Program-made: the position numbers and the translations under genes
NCBI GenBank assembly: GCA_964244895.1
Contig: CAXTKV010000082.1
Coordinates: forward strand, 1-20,847
Length of the DNA: 20,847 bases
From: an uncultured Deinococcales bacterium
GTDB taxonomy: Bacteria; Deinococcota; Deinococci; Deinococcales; JAAFIG01
Reading direction: 5' to 3'
The notes under the pieces: generated by a model
Seen by the model: only the letters and a program-made list of their open reading frames with translations
What the model was told of the DNA's origin: nothing
The model's database searches: none
In this document: positions 8,915 to 16,491 of the stretch, one piece after another
Layout of the letters: every line of letters begins with the position of its first letter
Position numbering within the stretch: the first letter of the stretch is position 1

Positions 8915-10294
8915 TTAACCCAGCACCGGGCTGGCTTGCGGTACGGTCTGCGCCACGCGTCTGGCGGTGCGGGTCGCCTCTCGGATGCAATCGTTGACGC
9001 CGACGCCCCGGTACGCGTTGCCGATCAGGTGCAGGCCGGGCAGCTTCTGGAGCTTCGCTTCGATTCGCACCAACCGAGAGGGGTGATCCAGGTCGTACTG
9101 CGGAATCCCATCGTCCCAGCGCGCGTGCTGGCGCGAGACGGGTCTGGCGGTGATGCCCAGGCTGGTCTGGAGGTCGCGTTCGACCAGCGCGAAGGCGTCC
9201 TCGTCACTGAAGTGCGCGAATTCCGGGTCGAGGCTTCCGCCCGCGATCACGCGCAGGAACACCAACCCGTCCGAAGTCTGCGGTGGGAACAGCGTGGACG
9301 TGTACAGGCAACCCAGCGAGCGCACGCCCGTCCCTCGGGTGCTCAGGAAGCCGAACCCTTCCAGGTTGGCCTGCACGTCCTGCTGACGGTACGCCAGACC
9401 GAAAACGCGCACGCTGGCGTATGGGATACCGCGCAGTTCCTCGGAAAGCGTCGGCTCGAGCCCCTCAATCAGCTTCGCGCTGGTAAAAGCTGGCGTGCCC
9501 AGGATCACGGCGTCGGCCTCGAGCGCGCCCGCGCTGGTTTGGACGTGATACCGACCCCCGAAGCGCTCCAGGCCCTTCGCGGTCACGCCCGTGCGCACGC
9601 TCGGCCCGAGCACCTCGCGCAAGCGATCCGGCAGGCGCTGAATGCCGCCCGCTTTGAAGCTGGTCAGCCTGGCCGGTGCGGGTTTGACGCCCGATTTGCG
9701 CACCTGACGCTGCGCGCCGATCAGCGCGCGCAACAGGCTGCCTTTGGTCTGCTCCATGGCTCGCATTCGCGGAAAGAGCGCGTCCAGGCTGGTGGTTCTG
9801 GCATCGCCAGCCGTGATGCCCGTGACCATCGGCAAAATCAAGCGCTCCGCGACCGCCCGCCCGAAGCGCCGCGCGGCGAAATCGTAGACGCTCTCCGGGC
9901 GCGGTTCGCGCAGCGCCGGAACGAACCACTCGCGCAGCGCCCGCAGTTTCTCGAGCGGCGAGAGAAGCGGCGTGATAAGCGCGGCGGGCGGCGTGCCGGG
10001 CAGTTTGACCAGCGCGCCGCGCCACACGAAACGGTCTTTGGCGGCGTCTGCGGCGGCCAGCAGTTCAGTCTCGAGCCCCAAATCCTTGACCAGTTCCAGC
10101 GTGTCCGGCGCGTTCGCCAAAAAGCCGTTCGGTCCCCAATCGAAGCTCAACCCGTCCGCGCTGGACGTGCGCGCCTTGCCGCCCACAGTGTCCTCGCGTT
10201 CGAGCAGGGTCACGTCCAGACCGGATTGTTTCAATCGGTGCGCGGCGGTCAGACCGGAGATTCCGCCACCCACGATCACGATCCGCGCACTCAC
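8915..10294 (-). CDS. hemY: FAD-dependent protoporphyrinogen oxidase, HemY family
   Basis: Rossmann motif VGGGISGL, plus GPNGFL, AGD, GFGFL, IPQY and GNAYRGVGVNDCI. Lies within the hem cluster. Confidence 0.93.
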   Translation of the reverse strand: MSARIVIVGGGISGLTAAHRLKQSGLDVTLLEREDTVGGKARTSSADGLSFDWGPNGFLANAPDTLELVKDLGLETELLAAADAAKDRFVWRGALVKLPGTPPAALITPLLSPLEKLRALREWFVPALREPRPESVYDFAARRFGRAVAERLILPMVTGITAGDARTTSLDALFPRMRAMEQTKGSLLRALIGAQRQVRKSGVKPAPARLTSFKAGGIQRLPDRLREVLGPSVRTGVTAKGLERFGGRYHVQTSAGALEADAVILGTPAFTSAKLIEGLEPTLSEELRGIPYASVRVFGLAYRQQDVQANLEGFGFLSTRGTGVRSLGCLYTSTLFPPQTSDGLVFLRVIAGGSLDPEFAHFSDEDAFALVERDLQTSLGITARPVSRQHARWDDGIPQYDLDHPSRLVRIEAKLQKLPGLHLIGNAYRGVGVNDCIREATRTARRVAQTVPQASPVLG

Positions 10295-10320
10295 GGTCGG
10301 GCTCCGAGTTCTTCAGAGAA

Positions 10321-10366
10321 AACGCCGTCCAGGACGCGAATGTGAATCTGCGTCCTGGACGGTGTT
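10321..10366. repeat. Family A copy 7
   Basis: aacgccgtccaggacgc-gaatgtgaatct-gcgtcctggacggtgtt, between hemH and hemY. Confidence 0.9.
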
Positions 10367-10399
10367 CCTGATGTGCGCGCCCCGAGATCGCGGTGCCAG

Positions 10400-10425
10400 A
10401 GGGCGAACACGAGATTCGCCCCTTC
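10400..10425 (-). repeat. REP-like hairpin (family B, tag reads GAAG)
   Basis: Minus strand gaag-gggcgaatctcgtgttcgccct. Confidence 0.55.
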
Positions 10426-10490
10426 AGAAACCCGCGTCTTGAACGCGCGAACCCCGCGTCCGCCCTTCGCTCTCGATGAAAAATTTGCGT

Positions 10491-11606
10491 TCACCGCGCC
10501 GAACCCGCCATTCTCGGGGTTCCTCGCAAGGAATTCGTCTCCTGAAACGGCGTCTGGGTCGCCCAGCTTTCGTCGCAGAGCTGCTCGAGCGCCTCGATCC
10601 AGGCGGGGTGATCGTTCATGCAGGGCACGTAGCTGAACTGCTCGCCGCCCGCGTGCATGAAGGTCTCGCGGCCCTCGACGTTGATCTCCTCCAGGGTCTC
10701 CAGGCAATCCGACACGAACGCGGGGCACAGCACCGCGAGCTTCTTGACGCCCTCGTTCGGGAAGGCTTCCAGGCGCTTGTCGGTGAAGGGCGTCAACCAG
10801 CCGCCGCCGAGCCGCGATTGAAAAGAGATGCTCCACTTGTCGTCAGGCAACCCGAGCCGCGCCGCGATTTCCTGGGTGGTTCTGACGAGTTGGTGGCGGT
10901 AGCACCAGACGTGCGCCGGGCTGGCCACGTCGCAGCAATCCGGGCTCGTCAGGCAGTGCGCGCCCGTGCAGTCCGATTTGCGGATGTGGCGCTTCGGGAT
11001 GCCGTGGTAGCTGAACAGCACGTGATCCTCGTCGCCTGAAAGCTTCTCTCGGGTGACCGTCTCGAGGGCGCTCAGGTAGGCGGGGTGATCGTAGAACGGC
11101 GGCAGGATGCGCAAATCAATCTTGTCGGAAAGCTTGAGCTTTTCCAGGACATCTCGGGTTTCGCGCACGACCGTTTCCGTGGTCGCCATCGCGTAGTGCG
11201 GATAGAGCGGCACGAGCAACAATTCAGACAGGTTCGGGTTGTCCTGCAACAATTCCTCGATGCCGAGCTCGATGCTCGGGTTCTGGTAGCGCATCGCCAG
11301 ACCGACCGGCAGGCTGACCCGAGCCTGCAACGCGTCCCGCACCCGCGTTGAAATGACCACCAACGGCGAGCCATTGTCCCACCAGATTTTTTCGTAGGCC
11401 GCCGCCGATTTCTTCGGGCGGACGTTCAGGATCACGCCGCGCACCAGCAGAGCCCGCGCCCAATACGGGAAGTCCAGCACGTGTTCGTCCATCAGGAACT
11501 CGTCCAGGTAGCGGCGCACGTCTGGAACGTTCGTGCTATCGGGCGATCCCAGGTTGACCAGCAGGATCGCGCGGCTGGAAGCTGGTTTTTCTTGCGTCGC
11601 GTTCAT
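10491..11606 (-). CDS. hemH: Ferrochelatase with internal Cys-rich insertion
   Basis: Motifs LLVNLGSP, PLYPHY, FSYHGIP, FQSRLG, WLTPFT and FVSDCLETLEEI. ATG 11606 follows AGGAGG. Confidence 0.95.
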   Translation of the reverse strand: MNATQEKPASSRAILLVNLGSPDSTNVPDVRRYLDEFLMDEHVLDFPYWARALLVRGVILNVRPKKSAAAYEKIWWDNGSPLVVISTRVRDALQARVSLPVGLAMRYQNPSIELGIEELLQDNPNLSELLLVPLYPHYAMATTETVVRETRDVLEKLKLSDKIDLRILPPFYDHPAYLSALETVTREKLSGDEDHVLFSYHGIPKRHIRKSDCTGAHCLTSPDCCDVASPAHVWCYRHQLVRTTQEIAARLGLPDDKWSISFQSRLGGGWLTPFTDKRLEAFPNEGVKKLAVLCPAFVSDCLETLEEINVEGRETFMHAGGEQFSYVPCMNDHPAWIEALEQLCDESWATQTPFQETNSLRGTPRMAGSAR

Positions 11607-11666
11607 GGGGTTCCTCCTTGCGGCTCGAGAATCGGGGTCGTGGGGCGACCCCTCCGACATCAGCCA

Positions 11667-11693
11667 GGGGCGGGCTGATACCACCTCCCCTAC
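11667..11693 (-). repeat. Degenerate GTAG REP-like hairpin (family B)
   Basis: Minus strand gtaggggaggtggtatcagcccgcccc. Confidence 0.45.
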
Positions 11694-11734
11694 GCGCGGG
11701 GGAGGACGAAAAGCAAAGCGATGCAAAATTCGGA

Positions 11735-11792
11735 GAACACCGTCCGGGACAGCGTCCTTTGAGGTGCAGCATTCGCGTCCAGGACGGTCTTC
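11735..11792. repeat. Family A copy 8
   Basis: gaacaccgtccgggac...gcgtccaggacggtcttc, abutting the hemE stop. Confidence 0.85.
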
Positions 11793-12867
11793 ATGGGTTC
11801 CGTCTCGCGTGACGGTCGAACTCGCGCACGACCCGCACCAGGTGCGCCAGGTGATCGGGGTTCGTCTGGCGCATGATGCCGTGACCCAGGTTGAAGACGT
11901 GCGGCCCGCCCAACCCGGCGCGCAGCACGCGCTCGGCCTCGAGCCTGATCGTCTCGGGCGAGGCCAGCAGCGCGGCGGGATCGAGGTTGCCCTGGATCGC
12001 CCTGCCGGGAAGTTGCGCCCGCACGCGATCCAATCCCGTGCGCCAGTCCACGCTGACGGCCTCGCACGGCAGTTCTCGAATAGCGGGGTACAGGTGAGAT
12101 GATCCGACCGCCAAGTAAATGCGCGGTACGCCCAAGCCCGCCAGTGCGTCCATCACGCGCGCGTTGTACGGCAGCCCGAACTCGCGGTAGGTGCGTTCGT
12201 CGTGCAATCCGGCCCAGGAATCGAACAGCTGAATCACCTGCGCACCAGCCGCGACCTGCGCGCACAAGTACAGGATGGAGACCTCCGTCAGCTTTTCCAG
12301 CAGCGCGTGTGCGGCCTGCGGTTGCTGGCGCAACCAGGCGCGAAATTCCTCGAAATCCTTGCTGCCCGAACCCTGCACCAGGTACGCGGCCAGCGTCAAC
12401 GGTGCGCCGCCGAACCCGATCAACGGCGTGCCTGTGGACTCGAGTTCGCGGCGCGCGAGGCGAATCGCAGCCTCGAGAAAGGGCGCGATCTCGGCGGCAT
12501 CGGGGATGCGCAGCGCGTCGATCTGCGCCCTGGATCTTATGGGCGTTTCGATCACCGGGCCGGGGCTGAACTCGATGGAGACGCCCATCGGCGGCAGCGG
12601 CGTCATGATGTCGCTGAAGATGATGGCGGCGTCCAGATTGAACCGCCGGATCGGTTGCAAGGTCACTTCCGCCGTCAATTCGGGCGTGCGCACCATCTCC
12701 CAGAAGCTCGAGCGGGCTTTGACGGCCCTGTATTCGGGCAGGTATCGCCCGGCCTGGCGCATGATCCAGATCGGTGCGCGCGGCGTGTCCTCGCCGCGCA
12801 GGGCGCGCAGGAACAATGGCGTGTCGGTGCGCGAGGGCTCGAGGATCGATGGTTGGGCGGCGGTCAC
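11791..12867 (-). CDS. hemE: Uroporphyrinogen decarboxylase
   Basis: Motifs WIMRQAGRYLPEY, IIFSDI, QLFDSW, QGNLDP and FNLGHGI. Confidence 0.97.
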   Translation of the reverse strand: MTAAQPSILEPSRTDTPLFLRALRGEDTPRAPIWIMRQAGRYLPEYRAVKARSSFWEMVRTPELTAEVTLQPIRRFNLDAAIIFSDIMTPLPPMGVSIEFSPGPVIETPIRSRAQIDALRIPDAAEIAPFLEAAIRLARRELESTGTPLIGFGGAPLTLAAYLVQGSGSKDFEEFRAWLRQQPQAAHALLEKLTEVSILYLCAQVAAGAQVIQLFDSWAGLHDERTYREFGLPYNARVMDALAGLGVPRIYLAVGSSHLYPAIRELPCEAVSVDWRTGLDRVRAQLPGRAIQGNLDPAALLASPETIRLEAERVLRAGLGGPHVFNLGHGIMRQTNPDHLAHLVRVVREFDRHARRNP

Positions 12868-12898
12868 GGGCGCACCCCGATAAAGTCTCGAGTCTCTA

Positions 12899-12960
12899 GA
12901 GCACCGTCCTGGACGCTTATCTCTTGAACCTTAGAGAACACTGTTCTGAACGGTGTTCTC
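12899..12960. repeat. Family A copy 9 (composite)
   Basis: gagcaccgtcctggacgc, followed by the compact hairpin gagaacactgttc-t-gaacggtgttctc, which overlaps the hemB stop. Confidence 0.8.
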
Positions 12961-14005
12961 AACGCAACCACCCGTTTTCGATGGCCTCGAGCGCGTGATA
13001 ACTGATGATCAGATCCGCTCCGGCGCGCTTGAAACCCGTCAGCACCTCTCGCACCGCCCGAGCCTCGTCCAGCGCACCGACGTTCGCGCCCGCCTTGAGC
13101 ATCGCGTACTCGCCGGAGACGTTGTAGGTCACGGTCGGCAACGCGGTGACATCGCGCACCCGAGAGATCACGTCCATGTAGGCCAGGGCGGGCTTGACCA
13201 TCACCATGTCCGCGCCCTCGGATTCATCCAGCCTAACCTCGCGCAGGGCGTCCCGCGAATTCCGAAAGTCCATCTGGTAGCTCGAGCGATCCCCGAAGGC
13301 GGGTGCGCTGCCCGCCGCTTCGCGGAACGGTCCGTAGAAGGCGCTGGCGTACTTGACGGCGTAAGACAGAATCCCGACATCGCTCATGCCATCCCTGTCC
13401 AGTACACCTCGGATGTGACCGACCCGACCGTCCATCATGTCGGACGGCGCCACGAAATCCACGCCCGCTTCCGCGTGCGTCGAGGCCATCCGCCCGAGTT
13501 GCGCCAGGGACGCGTCGTTGTCGATCACCGCGCCGCGCGGCGTTTCCTTGAGCAAACCGCAGTGCCCGTGATCGGTGTGGGTGCACAGGCACACGTCCGA
13601 ATAGAGCACCACGTCGTTGCCGAAGGCGGCGCGGGCAGCGCGGATGGCGCGCGGCACGACGCTCTCCGGGTCGGTGGCGCTCGAGGCTTGGGCGTCCTTG
13701 TGATCGGTCGGCAGCACGCCGAAGATCACGGCGGAGCCCACGCCCAGTTTCAGGGCGCGCTCGAGCTGGCGCACGAACAGATCCACGCTCCAGCGCGAGA
13801 TGCCGGGGAGCGCCTCGATCGGCTGCTCGATGCCCTGACCGGGCACCACGAAGAACGGCGCGATGAAGTCGGTGGGGCGCACCCAGGTTTCCGCCAGGCT
13901 ATCGCGCAGCGCGGGCGTGGAACGCGAGCGGCGCGGACGCTCTGCGCGCTCGCGTGCGGGTTCTGTGGTTGTTTTCGGTTGAGGGCGTTCGCTCAGGTCA
14001 TGCAC
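12959..14005 (-). CDS. hemB: Porphobilinogen synthase (ALA dehydratase), Zn-type
   Basis: Zn-ligand motif DVCLCTHTDHGHCG, plus PSDMMDGR, YASAFYGPFREA, MVKP and YNVSGEY. AAGGAG precedes the GTG. Confidence 0.97.
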   Translation of the reverse strand: MHDLSERPQPKTTTEPARERAERPRRSRSTPALRDSLAETWVRPTDFIAPFFVVPGQGIEQPIEALPGISRWSVDLFVRQLERALKLGVGSAVIFGVLPTDHKDAQASSATDPESVVPRAIRAARAAFGNDVVLYSDVCLCTHTDHGHCGLLKETPRGAVIDNDASLAQLGRMASTHAEAGVDFVAPSDMMDGRVGHIRGVLDRDGMSDVGILSYAVKYASAFYGPFREAAGSAPAFGDRSSYQMDFRNSRDALREVRLDESEGADMVMVKPALAYMDVISRVRDVTALPTVTYNVSGEYAMLKAGANVGALDEARAVREVLTGFKRAGADLIISYHALEAIENGWLR

Positions 14006-14080
14006 GAGAAACTCCTTTGGCGAAGCTCGAGCCGGGTTGAATCGTCAGGAGGGGAAATTCGACCGGGATCGCGCGGAAGC

Positions 14081-14980
14081 TCATGCGCCGACCGCCTCGG
14101 GATGATTGGCCTGAATGCGTTCGAAGGCCAGGCCAGCCACCGATTCCGGGCTCGAGCCGGAGACCCGATAGGTTTTCATACCGTACCAGGCGAGCAGTTC
14201 CAGACTTGAGCCGCGCCGCGTCGCCATCGCGCCCAACGCGAGCTGGCAGCCGCCGTCGAGCCTGGCCATCAAGCCGCGTTCCGCCGCGACCGTGGCTCGG
14301 GCCGTGGGGTCATCCAGATTCCTCAGCAATCCGATCATCGCCGCATCGTCGCCCCTGCACTCGAGCGCCAACGCGCCCTGACCCGGCGCGGGCACGATCA
14401 CGTCCGGCTCGAGAACGCGCACGATCAGATCACCGAGATTCAGTTCCAGGCGATTCAACCCGGCCCTCGCGAGCAGAATCGCATCGTAGTCTTTGCGCCG
14501 CAGCTTTTCCACGCGCGTCGGGACGTTGCCGCGCAATTCATGCCGCACCAGATCGGGGCGCAGTTGCTCGAGTTGCGCCTGACGCCGCACCGCGCTCGTG
14601 CCGACGCGGGCATCGAGGCGCACGGGCACGATCCTTGCGCTGGTGTCCACGGCGTCCGGGTGCACCAGCAGCACCTCGCGCGCGTCCTCGCGTCGGGGAA
14701 TGGCCGCGATCACCAGTCCGGGCGCGCTGGCGCTCGGCAAATCCTTCAACGAATGCACCGCGATATCGGCGCGACCGTCCAGCACGGCCTCCTGAACGGC
14801 CCTGGTGAAAAAGCCCTGCCCGATCATCTCGCGGAATGCGCCCATCTCGCGGTCGCCCTGCGTTTCAATCACCACCAGTTCGGCGCGGACGCCGCGATCG
14901 AGCAAGCGGGCCTGCACCCAGCGCGCCTGCCAGAGCGCGAGCGCGCTGCCCCGCGTGGCGATGCGCGCGCGCTCAGGCAC
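14081..14980 (-). CDS. hemC: Hydroxymethylbilane synthase (porphobilinogen deaminase)
   Basis: Motifs IATRGSALALWQA, AVHSLKD, LRGNVPTR, PAPGQGAL and LDGGCQ. The start overlaps the hemA stop. Confidence 0.96.
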   Translation of the reverse strand: MPERARIATRGSALALWQARWVQARLLDRGVRAELVVIETQGDREMGAFREMIGQGFFTRAVQEAVLDGRADIAVHSLKDLPSASAPGLVIAAIPRREDAREVLLVHPDAVDTSARIVPVRLDARVGTSAVRRQAQLEQLRPDLVRHELRGNVPTRVEKLRRKDYDAILLARAGLNRLELNLGDLIVRVLEPDVIVPAPGQGALALECRGDDAAMIGLLRNLDDPTARATVAAERGLMARLDGGCQLALGAMATRRGSSLELLAWYGMKTYRVSGSSPESVAGLAFERIQANHPEAVGA

Positions 14981-16268
14981 GGGTCATCAACTCCGCCTCG
15001 AGCTTGACGGGTTCGAGTTTGATGGAATCGAGTTTGACAGGCTCAAGTGTGATGGGCTCGAGTTCAACCGACCCGAGCGCGAACTCGAGTTCCTCGATCT
15101 CGTCGGTCAGTCCGGCTTCGCGCAGGAACACGCGTGCGGCCTCCGCGCCGCGCTGTCGCGCCAGACCGCGCAAACCCTTGACGGGCAGGTGCGCGAAACG
15201 GTGCGCCAGCCGATTTACGTCTTCCGGCGAAAGCAAGTCCCCGACGGTGCGCTCGACAGTCCGGCGGTAGACCTCGCGCAGTTGGACGATTGCGGGCCCG
15301 AGCGAACGCTCCGCCCATTCGCTCGCGGCGCGCTCGAGTTCATCGCCCAGGATGGCTTCGGCGCGGATCAGGTTGTCGCTCAAGCGCTCGCGGCGGCGCT
15401 CGCCCAGTTCGCGCAACCGTTCCAGATCGATCAACTCCACGCCCGCCATCGCGGCCACGGTGGGATCGACGTTGCGCGGCAAGCCCAGGTCGGTGATGGC
15501 GCGCAGTTCGGGTTGGCGCGCCAGGAAACCCGCGCCGATCACGTGCAGCGCGGGAATCGCGCAGACCAGGCCATCGATCGGGGGTGCATCGCGCAGGAAA
15601 TCCTGAAGACTGATGGCGGTCGCACCGATCGTTTCGGCGAGCGACCGCGCCCGCTCGAGGTTCCGGTTGACGATCAGCATTTCGGTGTCGGGTCGGGCGC
15701 TCAGGCTGCGGGCGACCAACGCGCCCATCTCGCCCGCGCCCAGCACGGCCACGCGCGCGCGCTGGGGCAGCAGACGCTCGAATTCCGGTCTGGCCAGGCT
15801 GAACAAACTCGAGTTGGCCGGGGCGAGCGCCACCTCGCGGCGCACGCGTTTGGCGGCCCGCAGCGCGGCGTTGAAGGCGAAGCTGGTGACGGAACCGACC
15901 GTGCCGGACGCGCTGGCGTCCTCGAAGGCGCGCCGCACCTGGTTCATGATCTGATCCTCGCCGGGGTTCAAGGAATCCAAAGAGGCCGCCACGCGGAACA
16001 AATGCTCGAGCGCGGCGTCATCCGCGAAGGCGTAGCCGCGCGCCATTCCGGGCGGAATCAGGCGCGCGCGCACCGTCTCGAGGTCGGTGCCTTCCGGCAG
16101 CGCGATCACCAGTTCAGAGCGGTTGCAGGTCTGGATCAGCACGGCTTCGGGCACCAGGGCGGGCGCGAGGCTGCTCAGGGGTCGTTGCGCGAGCCACGCC
16201 GTCCAGTCCTCGAGGCTTTCGAGGCTGCCGCGACGTTGGGATACACCGATCAGGGCGAGGCGTTCCAT
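14973..16268 (-). CDS. hemA: Glutamyl-tRNA reductase
   Basis: Catalytic TCNR, SLDSLNPGEDQI, NADPH-binding GAGEMG, VNRN and DLGLPRNV. ATG 16268 chosen over TTG 16277. Confidence 0.93.
   Translation of the reverse strand: MERLALIGVSQRRGSLESLEDWTAWLAQRPLSSLAPALVPEAVLIQTCNRSELVIALPEGTDLETVRARLIPPGMARGYAFADDAALEHLFRVAASLDSLNPGEDQIMNQVRRAFEDASASGTVGSVTSFAFNAALRAAKRVRREVALAPANSSLFSLARPEFERLLPQRARVAVLGAGEMGALVARSLSARPDTEMLIVNRNLERARSLAETIGATAISLQDFLRDAPPIDGLVCAIPALHVIGAGFLARQPELRAITDLGLPRNVDPTVAAMAGVELIDLERLRELGERRRERLSDNLIRAEAILGDELERAASEWAERSLGPAIVQLREVYRRTVERTVGDLLSPEDVNRLAHRFAHLPVKGLRGLARQRGAEAARVFLREAGLTDEIEELEFALGSVELEPITLEPVKLDSIKLEPVKLEAELMTRA
14998..15072. repeat. Five degenerate 15-bp tandem repeats in the hemA 3' end
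   Basis: Units: tcgagcttgacgggt / tcgagtttgatggaa / tcgagtttgacaggc / tcaagtgtgatgggc / tcgagttcaaccgac. They encode VELEP-ITLEP-VKLDS-IKLEP-VKLE. Confidence 0.85.
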
Positions 16269-16376
16269 CGTCGGCAAGTGTCGTTGAAATTCGCGGTTGA
16301 AGTGTCACGAAAGTGTCCAGCAGGACGGTACTTCTGTCCCCTTGCGAGCTTTTCTGCGAAACCCACTCGAGAGCAC

Positions 16377-16416
16377 ACCGTCCAGCACGCATTCTCGAGA
16401 ATGCGTGCTGGACGGT
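16377..16416. repeat. Family A copy 10, perfect 40-bp palindrome
   Basis: accgtccagcacgcattctcgagaatgcgtgctggacggt equals its own reverse complement. Confidence 0.97.
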
Positions 16417-16478
16417 CTTCTCGAGATCTCGCCGGGGAAACCTCGCAATGCCCCTTGTGTTCCCCCAAACTTTGGCGG

Positions 16479-16484
16479 TAAGGT
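16479..16484 (+). promoter_or_regulatory. -10 box TAAGGT, likely leaderless promoter of hemL
   Basis: TANNNT-N7-GTG. Confidence 0.55.
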
Positions 16485-16491
16485 CGCGCCC

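Noticed and set aside
14006..14080. Remnant or hidden hemD between hemC and hemB
   Set aside because: The gap is only 75 bp and shows no HemD-like sequence in any frame.
7873..16481. Long plus-strand ORFs (7873-8997, 8906-10345, 12953-14209, 14805-16481)
   Set aside because: These are antisense shadows of hem genes, expected at high GC, and have no recognisable motifs.
16297..16491. 65-aa N-terminal extension of HemL, and likewise the extensions of HemH (to 11726) and Hom (to 1745)
   Set aside because: They run through intergenic repeat elements, and better starts with a -10 box or Shine-Dalgarno exist downstream.
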